Counted from the first letter of the stretch, positions 8,683 to 18,376 are shown. The stretch: 64,000 nucleotides of DNA from an uncultured Gammaproteobacteria bacterium (GCA_963783075.1 CAWAMF010000008.1:72543-136542), one strand, 5' to 3'. The notes: generated by a model not told the origin, from the sequence alone. Numbers and translations are program-made.

Positions 8683-9651
8683 TCACCCCACCACCCCAGC
8701 AATTCTCCCCATCACCCCCGCATCCAACTTCCCCACCACCTCAAGCGCCGCCAGATTCTGCTCCAACTGCTCCAACTTGCTTGCCCCAAGCATCACCGTC
8801 GACACATGCGGATTAACCAGGCACCACGCAATCGCCATCTGCGCCATCGACACCCCAAGATCGGCGGCAATCGGCGCAAGCTGGCGGACCTTTTCAATCC
8901 GCTTGCCGTCATGTTCCAGCATCGCATCGCGCAACCACTCATAGCCCGGCTGTGCCAGGCGCGCATCCGCAGGCACGCCGTTGTTGTACTTGCCGCTCAA
9001 CAAGCCCGAAGCCAACGGCGACCAGATGGTGGTGCCCATGCCATAGGCGTCATATAGCGGCGCGTATTCCTGTTCTACCCGTTCGCGATGCAGCAGGTTG
9101 TATTGCGGCTGCTCCATCACCGGTGCGTACAAGTGGTTTTCGCGCGCTGCGCGATGGGCTTCGATGATGGCTTCGGCCGGCCATTCGCTGGTGCCCCAAT
9201 AGAGCACCTTGCCTTGTCGCACCAGCGTGTCCATGGCGGCCACGGTTTCGACAATCGGCGTATCCGGATCGGGGCGGTGGCAGAAGTACAGGTCCAGGTG
9301 CTCGACCCGCAGACGGTGCAGCGCTTGGTGACAGGCCTCGATCACATGCTTGCGTGACAAACCACGTTGCGTCGGCAGCGGACTATCCACTGCGCCGAAG
9401 TACACCTTGCTCGACACGCAATAGCTGTCGCGCGGAAAGCGTAGATCAGCGAGTACGTCGCCCATTAGCGTTTCCGCCACGCCGTTGTTGTAGGTCTCGG
9501 CGTTGTCGAAGTAATTGACGCCACGATCGTGCGCCATCGCCAGCAGGTCGCGCGCCAGTGACCGGCCGACTTGTTGGCCGAAGGTGACCCACGCGCCGAA
9601 GGACAGCGCGGACAGCTGCAGGCCGGATTTTCCAAGACGTCGATATTGCAT
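8683..9651 (-). CDS. Aldo/keto reductase (Kv-beta-subunit-like subfamily)
   Basis: This is a 322-aa ORF, MQYRRLGKSGLQLSALSFGAWVTFG...GVNYFDNAETYNNGVAE. It has the typical AKR N-terminal and active-site Asp/Tyr context. Confidence 0.9.
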   Translation of the reverse strand: MQYRRLGKSGLQLSALSFGAWVTFGQQVGRSLARDLLAMAHDRGVNYFDNAETYNNGVAETLMGDVLADLRFPRDSYCVSSKVYFGAVDSPLPTQRGLSRKHVIEACHQALHRLRVEHLDLYFCHRPDPDTPIVETVAAMDTLVRQGKVLYWGTSEWPAEAIIEAHRAARENHLYAPVMEQPQYNLLHRERVEQEYAPLYDAYGMGTTIWSPLASGLLSGKYNNGVPADARLAQPGYEWLRDAMLEHDGKRIEKVRQLAPIAADLGVSMAQMAIAWCLVNPHVSTVMLGASKLEQLEQNLAALEVVGKLDAGVMGRIAGVVG

Positions 9652-9808
9652 GGCAGCGCTCCGGTTTTATGGGGGGGGATGGGTCAGCATGCCAAGAGCA
9701 CATGTCCGGCGTCTATCGCTGCCGTCGTTTACATGGCACCGACGTATCACTGATTACGCTGGCGCGTCCTCGACGCTCGTTTTACCTATCACCGACGGAG
9801 CCAAAGCC

Positions 9809-10825
9809 ATGTCACACATGCAGGGTTGGGCAGCGCAGGAGGCGGGCAAGCCGCTGGTGCTCACTGAGTTCGATCTTGGCCCACTGGGCGCCGAGGAAGT
9901 GGAAGTTGAGGTCGACTATTGCGGTGTCTGCCACTCCGACCTTTCCATGATCGAGAACGAATGGGGTATGTCGCGCTTTCCGTTCGTGCCGGGGCACGAG
10001 ATCATCGGCCGCGTTACCGCGCTGGGGCCGCAGGCCAAGGGGCTGAAGATGGGCCAGCGCGTCGGCATCGGCTGGAGTGCTTCGAGCTGCATGCACTGCA
10101 AGCAATGTCTCTCGGGCCACCAGAACCTGTGCAAGCAGAACGAGCCGACCATTGGTAGTCATCACGGCGGCTTTGCCGACAAGGTCCGCGCCCATTGGGC
10201 CTGGACCATCCCGATGCCGGAAGGTATCGACCTGGCCAGCGCCGGTCCACTTCTCTGCGGTGGCATCACGGTGCTGAAGCCGTTCCTGGCCTACGACATC
10301 AGCCCTACGGCGCGCGTGGGCGTGGTTGGCATCGGCGGTCTGGGACATATGGCGCTGAAGTTCGCCAGGGCATGGGGCTGCGAAGTCACCGCCTTCACGT
10401 CCACCGCGGCCAAGGCCGATGAGGCGCGTGGTTTCGGCGCGCATCATGTGGTGGCCAGCCGCGACGCGAACGCGATTGCGGCGATGGCCGGCTCACTCGA
10501 CCTGTTGCTGGTCACCGTCAATGTGCCGATGGACTGGAACGCCCTGCTCGGCACGCTTGCGCCGCGTGGGCGCATGCATGTGGTGGGCGCGGTATTGGAA
10601 CCGATCCCGGTGCCTGCTTTTTCCCTTATCGTCGGGGAGCTCGATGTTTCAGGCTCGCCTTCTGGCGCACCAATCGATATCGCCACCCTGCTCGACTTTG
10701 CCGCCCGTCACGACGTGCGGCCGCAGGTGGAGATGTTTCCGATGGATCAGGTCAACGAAGCGCTGAAGCATCTCGCCGATGGCAAGGCGCGTTATCGCAT
10801 CGTGCTGAAGGCCAAAGGCCGCTGA
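9809..10825 (+). CDS. Zinc-dependent NAD(P)-alcohol dehydrogenase (YahK/cinnamyl-ADH-like)
   Basis: ATG 9809 has GACGGAG upstream; the track ORF start at 9515 overlaps the divergent AKR. The motifs are the catalytic Zn site CGVCHSDLS and GHEIIG, the structural Zn cluster CMHCKQCLSGHQNLC, and the Rossmann segment VGIGGLGHMA. Confidence 0.9.
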   Translation: MSHMQGWAAQEAGKPLVLTEFDLGPLGAEEVEVEVDYCGVCHSDLSMIENEWGMSRFPFVPGHEIIGRVTALGPQAKGLKMGQRVGIGWSASSCMHCKQCLSGHQNLCKQNEPTIGSHHGGFADKVRAHWAWTIPMPEGIDLASAGPLLCGGITVLKPFLAYDISPTARVGVVGIGGLGHMALKFARAWGCEVTAFTSTAAKADEARGFGAHHVVASRDANAIAAMAGSLDLLLVTVNVPMDWNALLGTLAPRGRMHVVGAVLEPIPVPAFSLIVGELDVSGSPSGAPIDIATLLDFAARHDVRPQVEMFPMDQVNEALKHLADGKARYRIVLKAKGR

Positions 10826-10830
10826 AAAGA

Positions 10831-10872
10831 CAGGGTGACATCGGCCAAACCATGGGCGCCGATGTCACCCTG
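10831..10872. terminator. Strong hairpin between convergent ADH and cupin genes
   Basis: cagggtgacatcggc / gccgatgtcaccctg forms a perfect 15-bp stem with a 12-nt loop. On the minus strand it is followed by TCTTTTC, so it looks like an intrinsic terminator for the cupin transcript. There is no U-tract on the plus strand. Confidence 0.5.
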
Positions 10873-10952
10873 AACGCGCAAACTCCTCACACGGCATCCG
10901 AGCGCGTCGCCGAGGTGGCGGTGAGCAAACTCAAGCGTATGCCTCGAGTCGA

Positions 10953-11330
10953 CTATTTAGCCGATTTCACCTCGACCACGATGACCTTGGTCGCGGTCGC
11001 ACCGACATTCTCGTTGCTGTGCGTGACGGGATCACTCCAGATCACATCGCCTGGCTTGTGGGAACGTTCGGTCACCTTCCCATCCGCTGTCGTCGTCTTG
11101 GTCTTTCCACCGCTGACGAAGTACACGACATTGCCCGGGTGGGAGTGCATCGGGATCTTGCCTCCCGGCTTCACGTTGACCTCCAACACCCTGACCTGCG
11201 CGTTGTCGAGCAGCACCTTGGTGACACCTGGAGCTGCGGTTGCCATATCCTGCGCCATCGCGGTTCCCGCACAGGCGAATACCAGCGCAGCCAACACCCA
11301 TTTCGTATGACGACGATCTACGATTGCCAT
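10953..11330 (-). CDS. Secreted cupin-domain protein
   Basis: It has a signal peptide (WVLAALVFACAGTAMAQD) and the cupin motif PMHSHPGNVVYFVSG. Confidence 0.8.
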   Translation of the reverse strand: MAIVDRRHTKWVLAALVFACAGTAMAQDMATAAPGVTKVLLDNAQVRVLEVNVKPGGKIPMHSHPGNVVYFVSGGKTKTTTADGKVTERSHKPGDVIWSDPVTHSNENVGATATKVIVVEVKSAK

Positions 11331-11698
11331 GAAACGTCCTCCACAGTTGCGTTGAGGTCATCGGGCGTCCGTGACGTCTGATCGCACGACCAGCGCCCGA
11401 TCCAATGGGCAATCCCGTAGAAGGCGGCAGGCTTGCGCTCCGCCCATGCCGATGCGTTGGCCCCGGTGGCCGCATCGGTCGATACCCTGTTTTCACGGCG
11501 TACGATCGCCACGCTGGTGCTCGGGCGGAGGCTGCACAGCGTATTGGCCATCGAAGGAAAACAACGAAACGCTTGGCGGAATCGCCACGACGCGCGATGC
11601 GACGCTACGCGCCCCTTGCAAGGGCGTCAATCATGCGGAAGGCCAATAGATTCCTGCCGGCGCGGCAGATGGGGATAGGCAGCCCAGCTTGGGCCAGG

Positions 11699-11731
11699 GA
11701 CCCCGCGACTCACAGCGTGAGCAGCGGGGTC
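11699..11731 (-). terminator. Hairpin downstream of the 11764-12225 gene
   Basis: On the minus strand gaccccgctgctcac-gct-gtgagtcgcggggtc forms 8+5 bp with one internal mismatch pair. There is no U-tract. Confidence 0.3.
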
Positions 11732-11763
11732 GGTCACTCAAAGCGTCTTAACCTCGACGGCAA

Positions 11764-12225
11764 TCAACGCTGATAGTGCGCGTCGTTGATGGCGCCTTCC
11801 ACCGCGTGCGCTGCACCGTCGACATGCGCGATGGCGCGATGCTTCAGCTCGCGCGCCATCGGATCGTCTTCCTCACGATCGATGTCGTGGTGAACGCGAC
11901 CGAGCATGTCGAGCGCGGCATGCAGGCGACCGGGCTGGTCCATCGGACGATCAACCGGCGGGTGATCGTTCAGATCCTTGCCGTCGTCGATCGAAGCACG
12001 CTTGATCTCATCGATGGCGTGATCGATTTCGGTGATGGCAACATCTTCCTCGCTACTGATGGCGGCGTCGCCCGATCGATGCTCAAGCATCCAACGCGCG
12101 GCGCGAAGATCAGACAGCGCATGCAAATAGGCGGGGTGGTTACCCGGCATATCGGCCTGGGCCGACAACGGCAACAGCACACCCAGTCCAGCGGTCAAAA
12201 TCATGCGCTTGAACAGCAATTTCAT
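11764..12225 (-). CDS. Secreted hypothetical protein (His/Asp-rich, helical)
   Basis: This is a 153-aa ORF with an ATG start and signal peptide MKLLFKRMILTAGLGVLLPLSAQA. I recognise no family. Confidence 0.6.
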   Translation of the reverse strand: MKLLFKRMILTAGLGVLLPLSAQADMPGNHPAYLHALSDLRAARWMLEHRSGDAAISSEEDVAITEIDHAIDEIKRASIDDGKDLNDHPPVDRPMDQPGRLHAALDMLGRVHHDIDREEDDPMARELKHRAIAHVDGAAHAVEGAINDAHYQR

Positions 12226-12312
12226 GCGACTCTCTCACGTGTAAATGTGTCGGCATGATGTGGTGCCTCGCTTGCGTTTCGCTTGCTTCACCAGGTCCTG
12301 CAGCACCTGCAT

Positions 12313-12981
12313 TCAGGCTGCAGATGCCTTGTGCAAGGCCACGCGTTCCAATGGCTCGAACGCGGCGCCCGGCGAACGCTCGACGCAGATGGTCAGCGCG
12401 TCGATACGGGCTTCGGGCAACATCGCGGCCCGCATCGCCAGCCAGCGCTGCAACGCCCGCTCTTCGTCGATCGTGGCCGGGGCAGACAGTGTCATATGAA
12501 AACGATAGCGATCGAACACGTAGGGGTATCCGTAGCGTTGGAGATAATGGGTTTCGATGGCGTCGAGCCCGCTGGCGCGACGCTGGCTTTCGGGTTCGGC
12601 CAGGGGCGCGCGCAGCGGCTCGATAGCCTCGGTACAAGCGGCGGCCATGGCATGGAGCGCGCCACATTCACTCGTTGGGCGTAGCGCGGGAAAACCGCCC
12701 AGGCGGCTGAGCCGCAGCGCCACGTTCATTGGCGCGCACTTCTGGGCCACGCCGGTGAGCGCGCGCCGCAGGTCGTCCAGTTCAATATCCGGGCCCAGCG
12801 TGAACGGCGAGCGCAAGGTGGCGTGCCAGCCATAGCGGCGCACGTCGGCCAGCAACGCATTCCAGCGCGGCAGCGGAATACCCGGAATGCCGTCGCGCGC
12901 CAGCGTGGTGCTTAGCCAGTCCCGCCCCATCGCCGCCAGGGCGCTGGCGGGTGCGGGGCAAAAATAGACCGCGTAACGCAT
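12313..12981 (-). CDS. DUF1045-type putative phosphonate-metabolism protein (2H phosphoesterase superfamily)
   Basis: The preferred start is ATG 12981 (MRYAVYFCP...). Two HxT motifs typical of 2H phosphoesterases are present (GWHATLRSPF and RFHMTLSAP). Confidence 0.7.
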   Translation of the reverse strand: MRYAVYFCPAPASALAAMGRDWLSTTLARDGIPGIPLPRWNALLADVRRYGWHATLRSPFTLGPDIELDDLRRALTGVAQKCAPMNVALRLSRLGGFPALRPTSECGALHAMAAACTEAIEPLRAPLAEPESQRRASGLDAIETHYLQRYGYPYVFDRYRFHMTLSAPATIDEERALQRWLAMRAAMLPEARIDALTICVERSPGAAFEPLERVALHKASAA

Positions 12982-13442
12982 CAGTCGTCGGCCATCAGCG
13001 CAAGCTGCGCCCGCTCGCCACAACAGCGAGGACGTCGCCGATCTGCTTCCACGGCGCCACGCCGCACTCCCGTTCGATCTTGCTCATGCCTTCTGTCCCG
13101 ACTGTCCATTCACCCTCACGGCAGCACGGGGCTGTGGAGGGTTTTCATCACTGAGGGCCATGCCCCGGGCCGTCTAGATAACTAGACCTTTGTGACAAAA
13201 CCGGGAATCCGCGTGGACGGCCCGCCGCATGGCACCCCTCCCGGCTGCCAGCCGCGTGGTCGCAAGGGCGCAGTTCAACATGAGCGAAGGCAACGTGACG
13301 CGATGCAGTGTGCAATTTGACGTGCACATCGGCCGGGAGGACAGCTTCCAGCGGAACCGCACGCCGGAAAGACGACCAACGCCACGAGGCCACCCGTGCA
13401 ACCGGTGGCCCCGTCCTTGCCGACATCCGACAAGCTGTCGGG

Positions 13443-14015
13443 TTACGGAATCAAATGGACGTCCATTCGACCGGCGATGCCATCATCGGCCTCCGGATGA
13501 AACAGTCCATTGCGGACGTTGTCGCTGGTTCCCCACGCTTTGAGCGCGGAAACTACGGTGTCGTCCTGGGCATCCGTCTTGATAAAGAAGTCCAGATGGC
13601 GAACATCATCGCACTGGCTTCCGCAATGGAAGCTGGAAATGCCGACGGCTTCGATCTGACCGTACTCGTTGAGAATCACCGCGGCGGCATTGCCTCGGCA
13701 ATCGTGGGACGGGCAACCGGAGAACAGGTAACGCTTGCCATCCAGCACCACCACGTTGGCCGACTGCCCGGTCAAGGCGGATGCAGCCTGCTCGCTCAGC
13801 GAGCGATCTGCCTTGAAGTAGCCCACCTTGGTGCCTTCCGCAAAATGCCCCAGCGCCTGCACGAAACCCGATGCGCGCACCAGCTCGCTGGTCGTGGAGC
13901 AGGTCGACGGATCGATCAGCCGGCAAGGCCCTGACGGCACCGATCCTGCCGCCGACGCTGCGAACGGCGCGATCAAAAGCGCCAGCAGACATGCTGCTTT
14001 GATAAGCCTGCGCAT
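13443..14015 (-). CDS. Periplasmic hypothetical protein, possible Ivy-family (lysozyme inhibitor) homolog
   Basis: It has signal peptide MRRLIKAACLLALLIAPFAASAAG. The segment YLFSGCPSHDCRGNAAAVIL resembles the Ivy loop region YQVMSACKPHDCGSQRIAVMW (E. coli Ivy, recalled from memory). Confidence 0.6.
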   Translation of the reverse strand: MRRLIKAACLLALLIAPFAASAAGSVPSGPCRLIDPSTCSTTSELVRASGFVQALGHFAEGTKVGYFKADRSLSEQAASALTGQSANVVVLDGKRYLFSGCPSHDCRGNAAAVILNEYGQIEAVGISSFHCGSQCDDVRHLDFFIKTDAQDDTVVSALKAWGTSDNVRNGLFHPEADDGIAGRMDVHLIP

Positions 14016-14091
14016 AACATCTCTCCCCTGTTGGAGTGATTCAAAAGCCTTGAGCCCCCGCGTCGCGCCATGCGACCCGCTGCCGATACGC

Positions 14092-15252
14092 TCAGTTCAC
14101 CCCGGCGCTGGCGCTCGGCAGCGCACCAGCTTCCGGGTTCGACCGGCGTGTGCGCGACGAGTTCAAATAGCGCTCACGCAGCCGAAGGAAGGGACGCTCG
14201 ACGCCGTGATGCAACAGCGCACCGACCAACAGCACCGCCCCTGCGTAGCCGGCAAAGGTCAGTACACCGTGGCCGTCCAGCTTCGCCCCCACGCTGGATT
14301 CCACCCCATGAAACACCGCTTTGTGTGACAGGTACAAGCTGTAGGAGGCCAGCGCCAGCCAGCTGGCGCCCGGCACTTTCAGCCGAGCCAGCACACAGGT
14401 TGCGTTGGCACCTGCCAACACCAGCAGTCCCATGCCAAACGACAGCAGCGGGTAGCCCAGCAGGGTGGGAAGAAAGCCCGTTCGATCCTGGAAAAACCAG
14501 ATCGAGAGGCCCACCACGACCAACCCTGCAAGCAGGATGCGGTCGGCGTACAGGGCCCAGCGTGCCCACAGTGTGGGCCGGTACGTCCTGATCGCCGCCA
14601 GCATCACGCCGGTCAGCAGGCCGTCCAAGCGCGACCATGTGGGGTAGTAAATGCCTTCCAGGAAGTACTTTCCATAGGAATTTTGGTCAACATCCCTGAT
14701 CGGCCCCATGAAGTGCAGCCATACGTACCCGCGCACCAGCAGCCCGAGCGCCACCACCGCGACACACAGGGCGGCGAACTTCGCCGGCGAAGGGCGGCGC
14801 GTCAGCCACCAGGCCAGCAACGGAAACAGCAGATAGAAATGCTCTTCCACGCACAGCGACCACACGTGCGAGAAGGCCAGGTTGTGCTGCACGTCAATCA
14901 GCAGGTTCACCGTAAAGGTGAGGAACTGCCATGGCGGCTGGATGCCCGGGTATTCACGCATGGATGGCCAAAGGAAGTAGACGGCCACCACCAGCAGGTA
15001 CACCGGCAGGATGCGAAAGGCCCGACGCAGATAGAAATCAGCGAAGGAAAAAGCTCGCCCTTCGGCCAGTGGCTTGAGCACCTGCGAACCGATCAGGTAA
15101 CCGCTTAGCACGAAGAAGAGGTCCACGCCCATCCAGCCGATCTTGTCCATGCCGGCGAAGTGGCCCCAGCCACCGATGATGTAAGAGTGAAAAATCATCA
15201 CCCACACGATCGCGATCGCGCGCAGCAGATCCAGGCCCGGCAAACGGTTCAT
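14092..15252 (-). CDS. Acyltransferase family 3 membrane protein (OafA/OatA-like)
   Basis: The preferred start is ATG 15252 (MNRLPGLDLLRAIAIVWVMIFHS...), which is the typical acyltransferase-3 N-terminus. The protein has about 10 TM segments. The upstream part of the track ORF reads through a family D repeat. Confidence 0.85.
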   Translation of the reverse strand: MNRLPGLDLLRAIAIVWVMIFHSYIIGGWGHFAGMDKIGWMGVDLFFVLSGYLIGSQVLKPLAEGRAFSFADFYLRRAFRILPVYLLVVAVYFLWPSMREYPGIQPPWQFLTFTVNLLIDVQHNLAFSHVWSLCVEEHFYLLFPLLAWWLTRRPSPAKFAALCVAVVALGLLVRGYVWLHFMGPIRDVDQNSYGKYFLEGIYYPTWSRLDGLLTGVMLAAIRTYRPTLWARWALYADRILLAGLVVVGLSIWFFQDRTGFLPTLLGYPLLSFGMGLLVLAGANATCVLARLKVPGASWLALASYSLYLSHKAVFHGVESSVGAKLDGHGVLTFAGYAGAVLLVGALLHHGVERPFLRLRERYLNSSRTRRSNPEAGALPSASAGVN

Positions 15253-15303
15253 CGACTCCCCCTTGGTTGTTCTATCGTTCCATCGAAAACGACGCGCATG
15301 TCC

Positions 15304-15334
15304 CGTCATGCCAGCGAACGCTGGCATCCAGCGT
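15304..15334. repeat. Family D palindromic repeat (gtcatKCCnGCGaaaGCnGGMatccagcg type)
   Basis: cgtcatgccagcgaacgctggcatccagcgtc is related to the units at 28822-28902, 7768-7840 and 8610-8658. Confidence 0.5.
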
Positions 15335-15374
15335 CTTTCGTACTCCCCCACACCCGACGCGGTGACGACGGCTG

Positions 15375-15869
15375 CTACACCCGCTGCAACACCGCCAGCA
15401 CAATGGCGGCGAACACACCGGCCACCACGTCATCCAGCATCACGCCCATGCCACCTTTCAAGCGACGATCCAGCCAGCGGATCGGCCAGGGTTTCCACAC
15501 GTCGAACAGGCGAAACAGGGCGAAGCCCACCACCACGATCCACCACGGGGCCAGCAAGGCGGGGATCAGGGCTATCCACAACCCCACGAACTCATCCCAC
15601 ACGATGCAGCGGTGATCGTCCACGCCCAACGCACGTCCCGCGATGCCACAGGCCCATACGCCGATGACAAAAGCCACGAGCAGGCTGAACACGTATAGCT
15701 GCAGCGGCAGCGTTCGCAGCAGCAGCCATGGCAGCACCGCCGCCAGCGAGCCGAAGGTGCCTTGCGCGACCGGCGCCAGCCCGGAGCCGAAGCCGCAGGC
15801 CAGCCAGCCGGCAGGCGTCGCAAGCAACAAGCGCCGTTGCTCGGAAGTGAGAGTCTTCTTGTCGCTCAT
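15375..15869 (-). CDS. pgpA: Phosphatidylglycerophosphatase A
   Basis: The motifs are GFGSGLAPVAQGTFGS, WDEFVGLW, FDVWKPWPI and GGMGVMLDD. The ATG at 15869 overlaps the thiL stop (ATGA). Confidence 0.85.
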   Translation of the reverse strand: MSDKKTLTSEQRRLLLATPAGWLACGFGSGLAPVAQGTFGSLAAVLPWLLLRTLPLQLYVFSLLVAFVIGVWACGIAGRALGVDDHRCIVWDEFVGLWIALIPALLAPWWIVVVGFALFRLFDVWKPWPIRWLDRRLKGGMGVMLDDVVAGVFAAIVLAVLQRV

Positions 15870-16843
15870 GCGAAATGGTCCCAGCCGCGATGCGTCGCTT
15901 CCAGCCATTGTCCGCGCTCGTCACGCGCGCGTACACCGTGGCCTTCCACCATGCGGCCAATGCGCGTGGCGCCGCAGCCCATGCGCGCAAGATCGGTCTG
16001 CACTTCGGCCACCCGTGATGGCGGTACGGTGAAGCACAGCTCGTAATCGTCGCCGCCGGCCAGCGCGAAATCGCGCGCGGTGGCTTCGTCGAAGGCGCCG
16101 AGCAACATGGATGAGCGCGGCAACAGCGGTGCATCGATCTCCGCGCCCAGCCCGCTGGCCTCGCAGATATGGCCGAGGTCAGCCAGCAACCCGTCGGACA
16201 CATCAATGCAGGCGCTGGCACGCTCGCGCAGGGCGAGCCCTGCCGCCAGACGGGGCGTGGGGCGGTTGAGACGTTCGATCAGATAGGCCGCGCGCCCGTC
16301 CCCTTCGTCGATACGCGCGCCCTGCTGCAACAGTTGCAGCCCTGCCGCGGCATCACCCAGCGTGCCGGTGACCAGCACCGCGTCACCGGCGCGTGCACCC
16401 GCGCGAGTCAACGCCTTGCCCGGTGGCACGAAGCCGTGCACGGCGACGCTGACCGTGAGCGCGCCGCGCGTGGTGTCACCTCCAATCAGCGCCAGCCGGT
16501 GGGGCTGGGCCAGTTGGGCGAAACCCTCAGCGAAGCCGTCGATGAATTGCTGCACCTGCTCGCGCGATTGCGGCGGCAAGGTGAGTGCCAGCAGCGCCCA
16601 GGCCGGGCTGGCACCCATGGCGGCCAGGTCCGAAAGATTGACCGCCAGCGACTTCCAGCCAATGTCGGCCGGCGCGGTGCCCTGCGGAAAATGCACGCCC
16701 TCGACCATGGTGTCGATGGCAATGGCCAGCTCTTGTCCGGCTGGTGGCGCCACCAGTGCGGCGTCGTCGCCAATGCCCAGGCGCACGTCTTCGCGGCCTT
16801 GCGCGGTGCGCTCGCGGATGCGGTCGATCAGGCGGAATTCCAT
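15866..16843 (-). CDS. thiL: Thiamine-monophosphate kinase
   Basis: The 325-aa protein MEFRLIDRI...GIGDDAALV...AIDTMVEGVHF has an AIR-synthase-like fold. It sits at the conserved position after nusB. Confidence 0.9.
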   Translation of the reverse strand: MEFRLIDRIRERTAQGREDVRLGIGDDAALVAPPAGQELAIAIDTMVEGVHFPQGTAPADIGWKSLAVNLSDLAAMGASPAWALLALTLPPQSREQVQQFIDGFAEGFAQLAQPHRLALIGGDTTRGALTVSVAVHGFVPPGKALTRAGARAGDAVLVTGTLGDAAAGLQLLQQGARIDEGDGRAAYLIERLNRPTPRLAAGLALRERASACIDVSDGLLADLGHICEASGLGAEIDAPLLPRSSMLLGAFDEATARDFALAGGDDYELCFTVPPSRVAEVQTDLARMGCGATRIGRMVEGHGVRARDERGQWLEATHRGWDHFA

Positions 16844-16883
16844 GGCTTGCGACCTGTGTGGATCAGGAACGTCGCCGCCGATG

Positions 16884-17423
16884 CTACCGGCTGAAGACGA
16901 TGGTGGGGCTACCGTGATAGGTGGTTTCCTGCCAGCGCGTGAAGCCCATCTTTTCAGCCACGCGAATCGACGACAGGTTTTCCGGGTCGATGATGCAAAC
17001 GGAACGCAGTGTCGGCAGGTGCTTGTCGGCCCACGCCATTACCGCGGTGACAGCTTCGCTCGCATAACCGTTGCCGTGCGCGTGCGGCGCCAGCACCCAG
17101 CCGAACTCCAGCATGCCTTCCAGCGACGGCTGCATGTCACGCTTGAAGTCGGCAAAACCAATGTCGCCGATATATTGGCCGGTGGCCTTTTCCTCCACCG
17201 CCCAGTAGCCATAACCGAGCAGGGTCCACAGGCCGACATACTGCAGCAGGCGCTTCCAGACCTCTTCGGCGGTAAACGGGCGGCCACCAATGTGCCGCGT
17301 GACCTGGGCATTGGACCAAATCGCCGTGCAGGCGGCGTGATCCTCCGCACGATGCGCACGCAGGCGCAGCCGCTGGGTTTCGAGTACGGGAACCGGGGAC
17401 AGCCGCTCCGTGGCGTCGCTCAT
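16884..17423 (-). CDS. GNAT family N-acetyltransferase (RimJ/RimL-like)
   Basis: The 179-aa protein has the characteristic ...YWAVEEKATGQYIGDIGF...LEFGWVLAPHAHGNGYASEAV... acetyl-CoA binding region. Its ATG overlaps the nusB stop by 1 nt. Confidence 0.85.
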   Translation of the reverse strand: MSDATERLSPVPVLETQRLRLRAHRAEDHAACTAIWSNAQVTRHIGGRPFTAEEVWKRLLQYVGLWTLLGYGYWAVEEKATGQYIGDIGFADFKRDMQPSLEGMLEFGWVLAPHAHGNGYASEAVTAVMAWADKHLPTLRSVCIIDPENLSSIRVAEKMGFTRWQETTYHGSPTIVFSR

Positions 17424-17869
17424 CAGCCGCGCTTTTCGGGTGCGCGCAGTTCGGCTGCCAATTTGTCCAGCACGCCGTTGACGTAGCTGTGGCCGTGATC
17501 GGCGCCGAATCGTTTGGTGACTTCGATGGCCTCGTTGATGATCACGCGGTACGGCACATCCGGGCGATATTTCAGCTCATACGCAGCCAGGCGCAGCGCG
17601 GCGCGCTCGATCGGGTCGATCTGGCCCACTTCGCGATCCACGTAGGGCTTGAGGCTCTCGTCGATGGCGTCGACGTGCTTTTCCACGCCGTGCAGCAGAT
17701 CCTCGAAGTATTCGAGGTCGGCCACTTCCATGTCCTGCTCGTGGCGGAACTGGTCGATCACCGCGTTCATGTGGCTGCCGCTGAGCTGCCAGGCATACAG
17801 CGCCTGCAACGCGCGGCGACGGGCACGCGAGCGTGCGGCCAGATCGAGGCCTTCCGGACGCTGGCTCAT
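17423..17869 (-). CDS. nusB: Transcription antitermination factor NusB
   Basis: The preferred start is ATG 17869 (MSQRPEG...ARRRALQALYAWQLSG...), which overlaps the ribH stop by 1 nt. The C-terminus YVNGVLDKLA is typical. Confidence 0.9.
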   Translation of the reverse strand: MSQRPEGLDLAARSRARRRALQALYAWQLSGSHMNAVIDQFRHEQDMEVADLEYFEDLLHGVEKHVDAIDESLKPYVDREVGQIDPIERAALRLAAYELKYRPDVPYRVIINEAIEVTKRFGADHGHSYVNGVLDKLAAELRAPEKRG

Positions 17870-18330
17870 CACAGCTGTCCGTACAGGTTGACCATCTCGA
17901 GCGCGGCCAGCGCCGCGTCGGCGCCCTTGTTGCCGGCCTTGGTGCCAGAACGCTCGATGGCCTGCTCGATGCTGTCCGTGGTCAGCACGCCGAACGCCAC
18001 CGGCACGCCCGAGGCGTACGCCGCCTGGGCCAGGCCCTTGGCGCACTCGCCAGCCACGTAGTCGAAATGCGGGGTGGAGCCGCGGATGACCGCGCCCAGC
18101 GCGATCACTGCCGCGTACTTGCCCGAGTTGGCGACCTTGTGGGCAGCCAGCGCGATTTCCCAGGCGCCCGGCACGCGGATCAGGTCGATCGCGTCGTCCT
18201 TCACGCCATGGCGCACCAGCACGTCGCGTGCGCCGGCCACCAGCGGCTCGACGACAAAGCCGTTGAAACGGCCGGCGACGATGGCAAAACGGCCTTTGGG
18301 CGTGGCGAAATCGCCTTCGATGATCTTCAT
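17869..18330 (-). CDS. ribH: 6,7-dimethyl-8-ribityllumazine synthase
   Basis: The preferred start is ATG 18330 (MKIIEGDF...[18 protein letters not shown]...VPGAWEIA...[16 protein letters not shown]). Confidence 0.95.
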   Translation of the reverse strand: MKIIEGDFATPKGRFAIVAGRFNGFVVEPLVAGARDVLVRHGVKDDAIDLIRVPGAWEIALAAHKVANSGKYAAVIALGAVIRGSTPHFDYVAGECAKGLAQAAYASGVPVAFGVLTTDSIEQAIERSGTKAGNKGADAALAALEMVNLYGQL

Positions 18331-18376
18331 TGGGTGCGCTTCCTGAGGGCTCGGTGGCCCATGCGGGCCGGATATT

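Noticed and set aside
11318-11551. A 77-aa minus-strand ORF overlaps the start of the cupin gene by 13 nt, inside an otherwise empty 430-bp gap.
   Set aside because: Its third-position GC bias is moderately coding-like, but it has no Shine-Dalgarno sequence, no recognisable motif and a low-complexity composition. The evidence is not enough to call it a gene.
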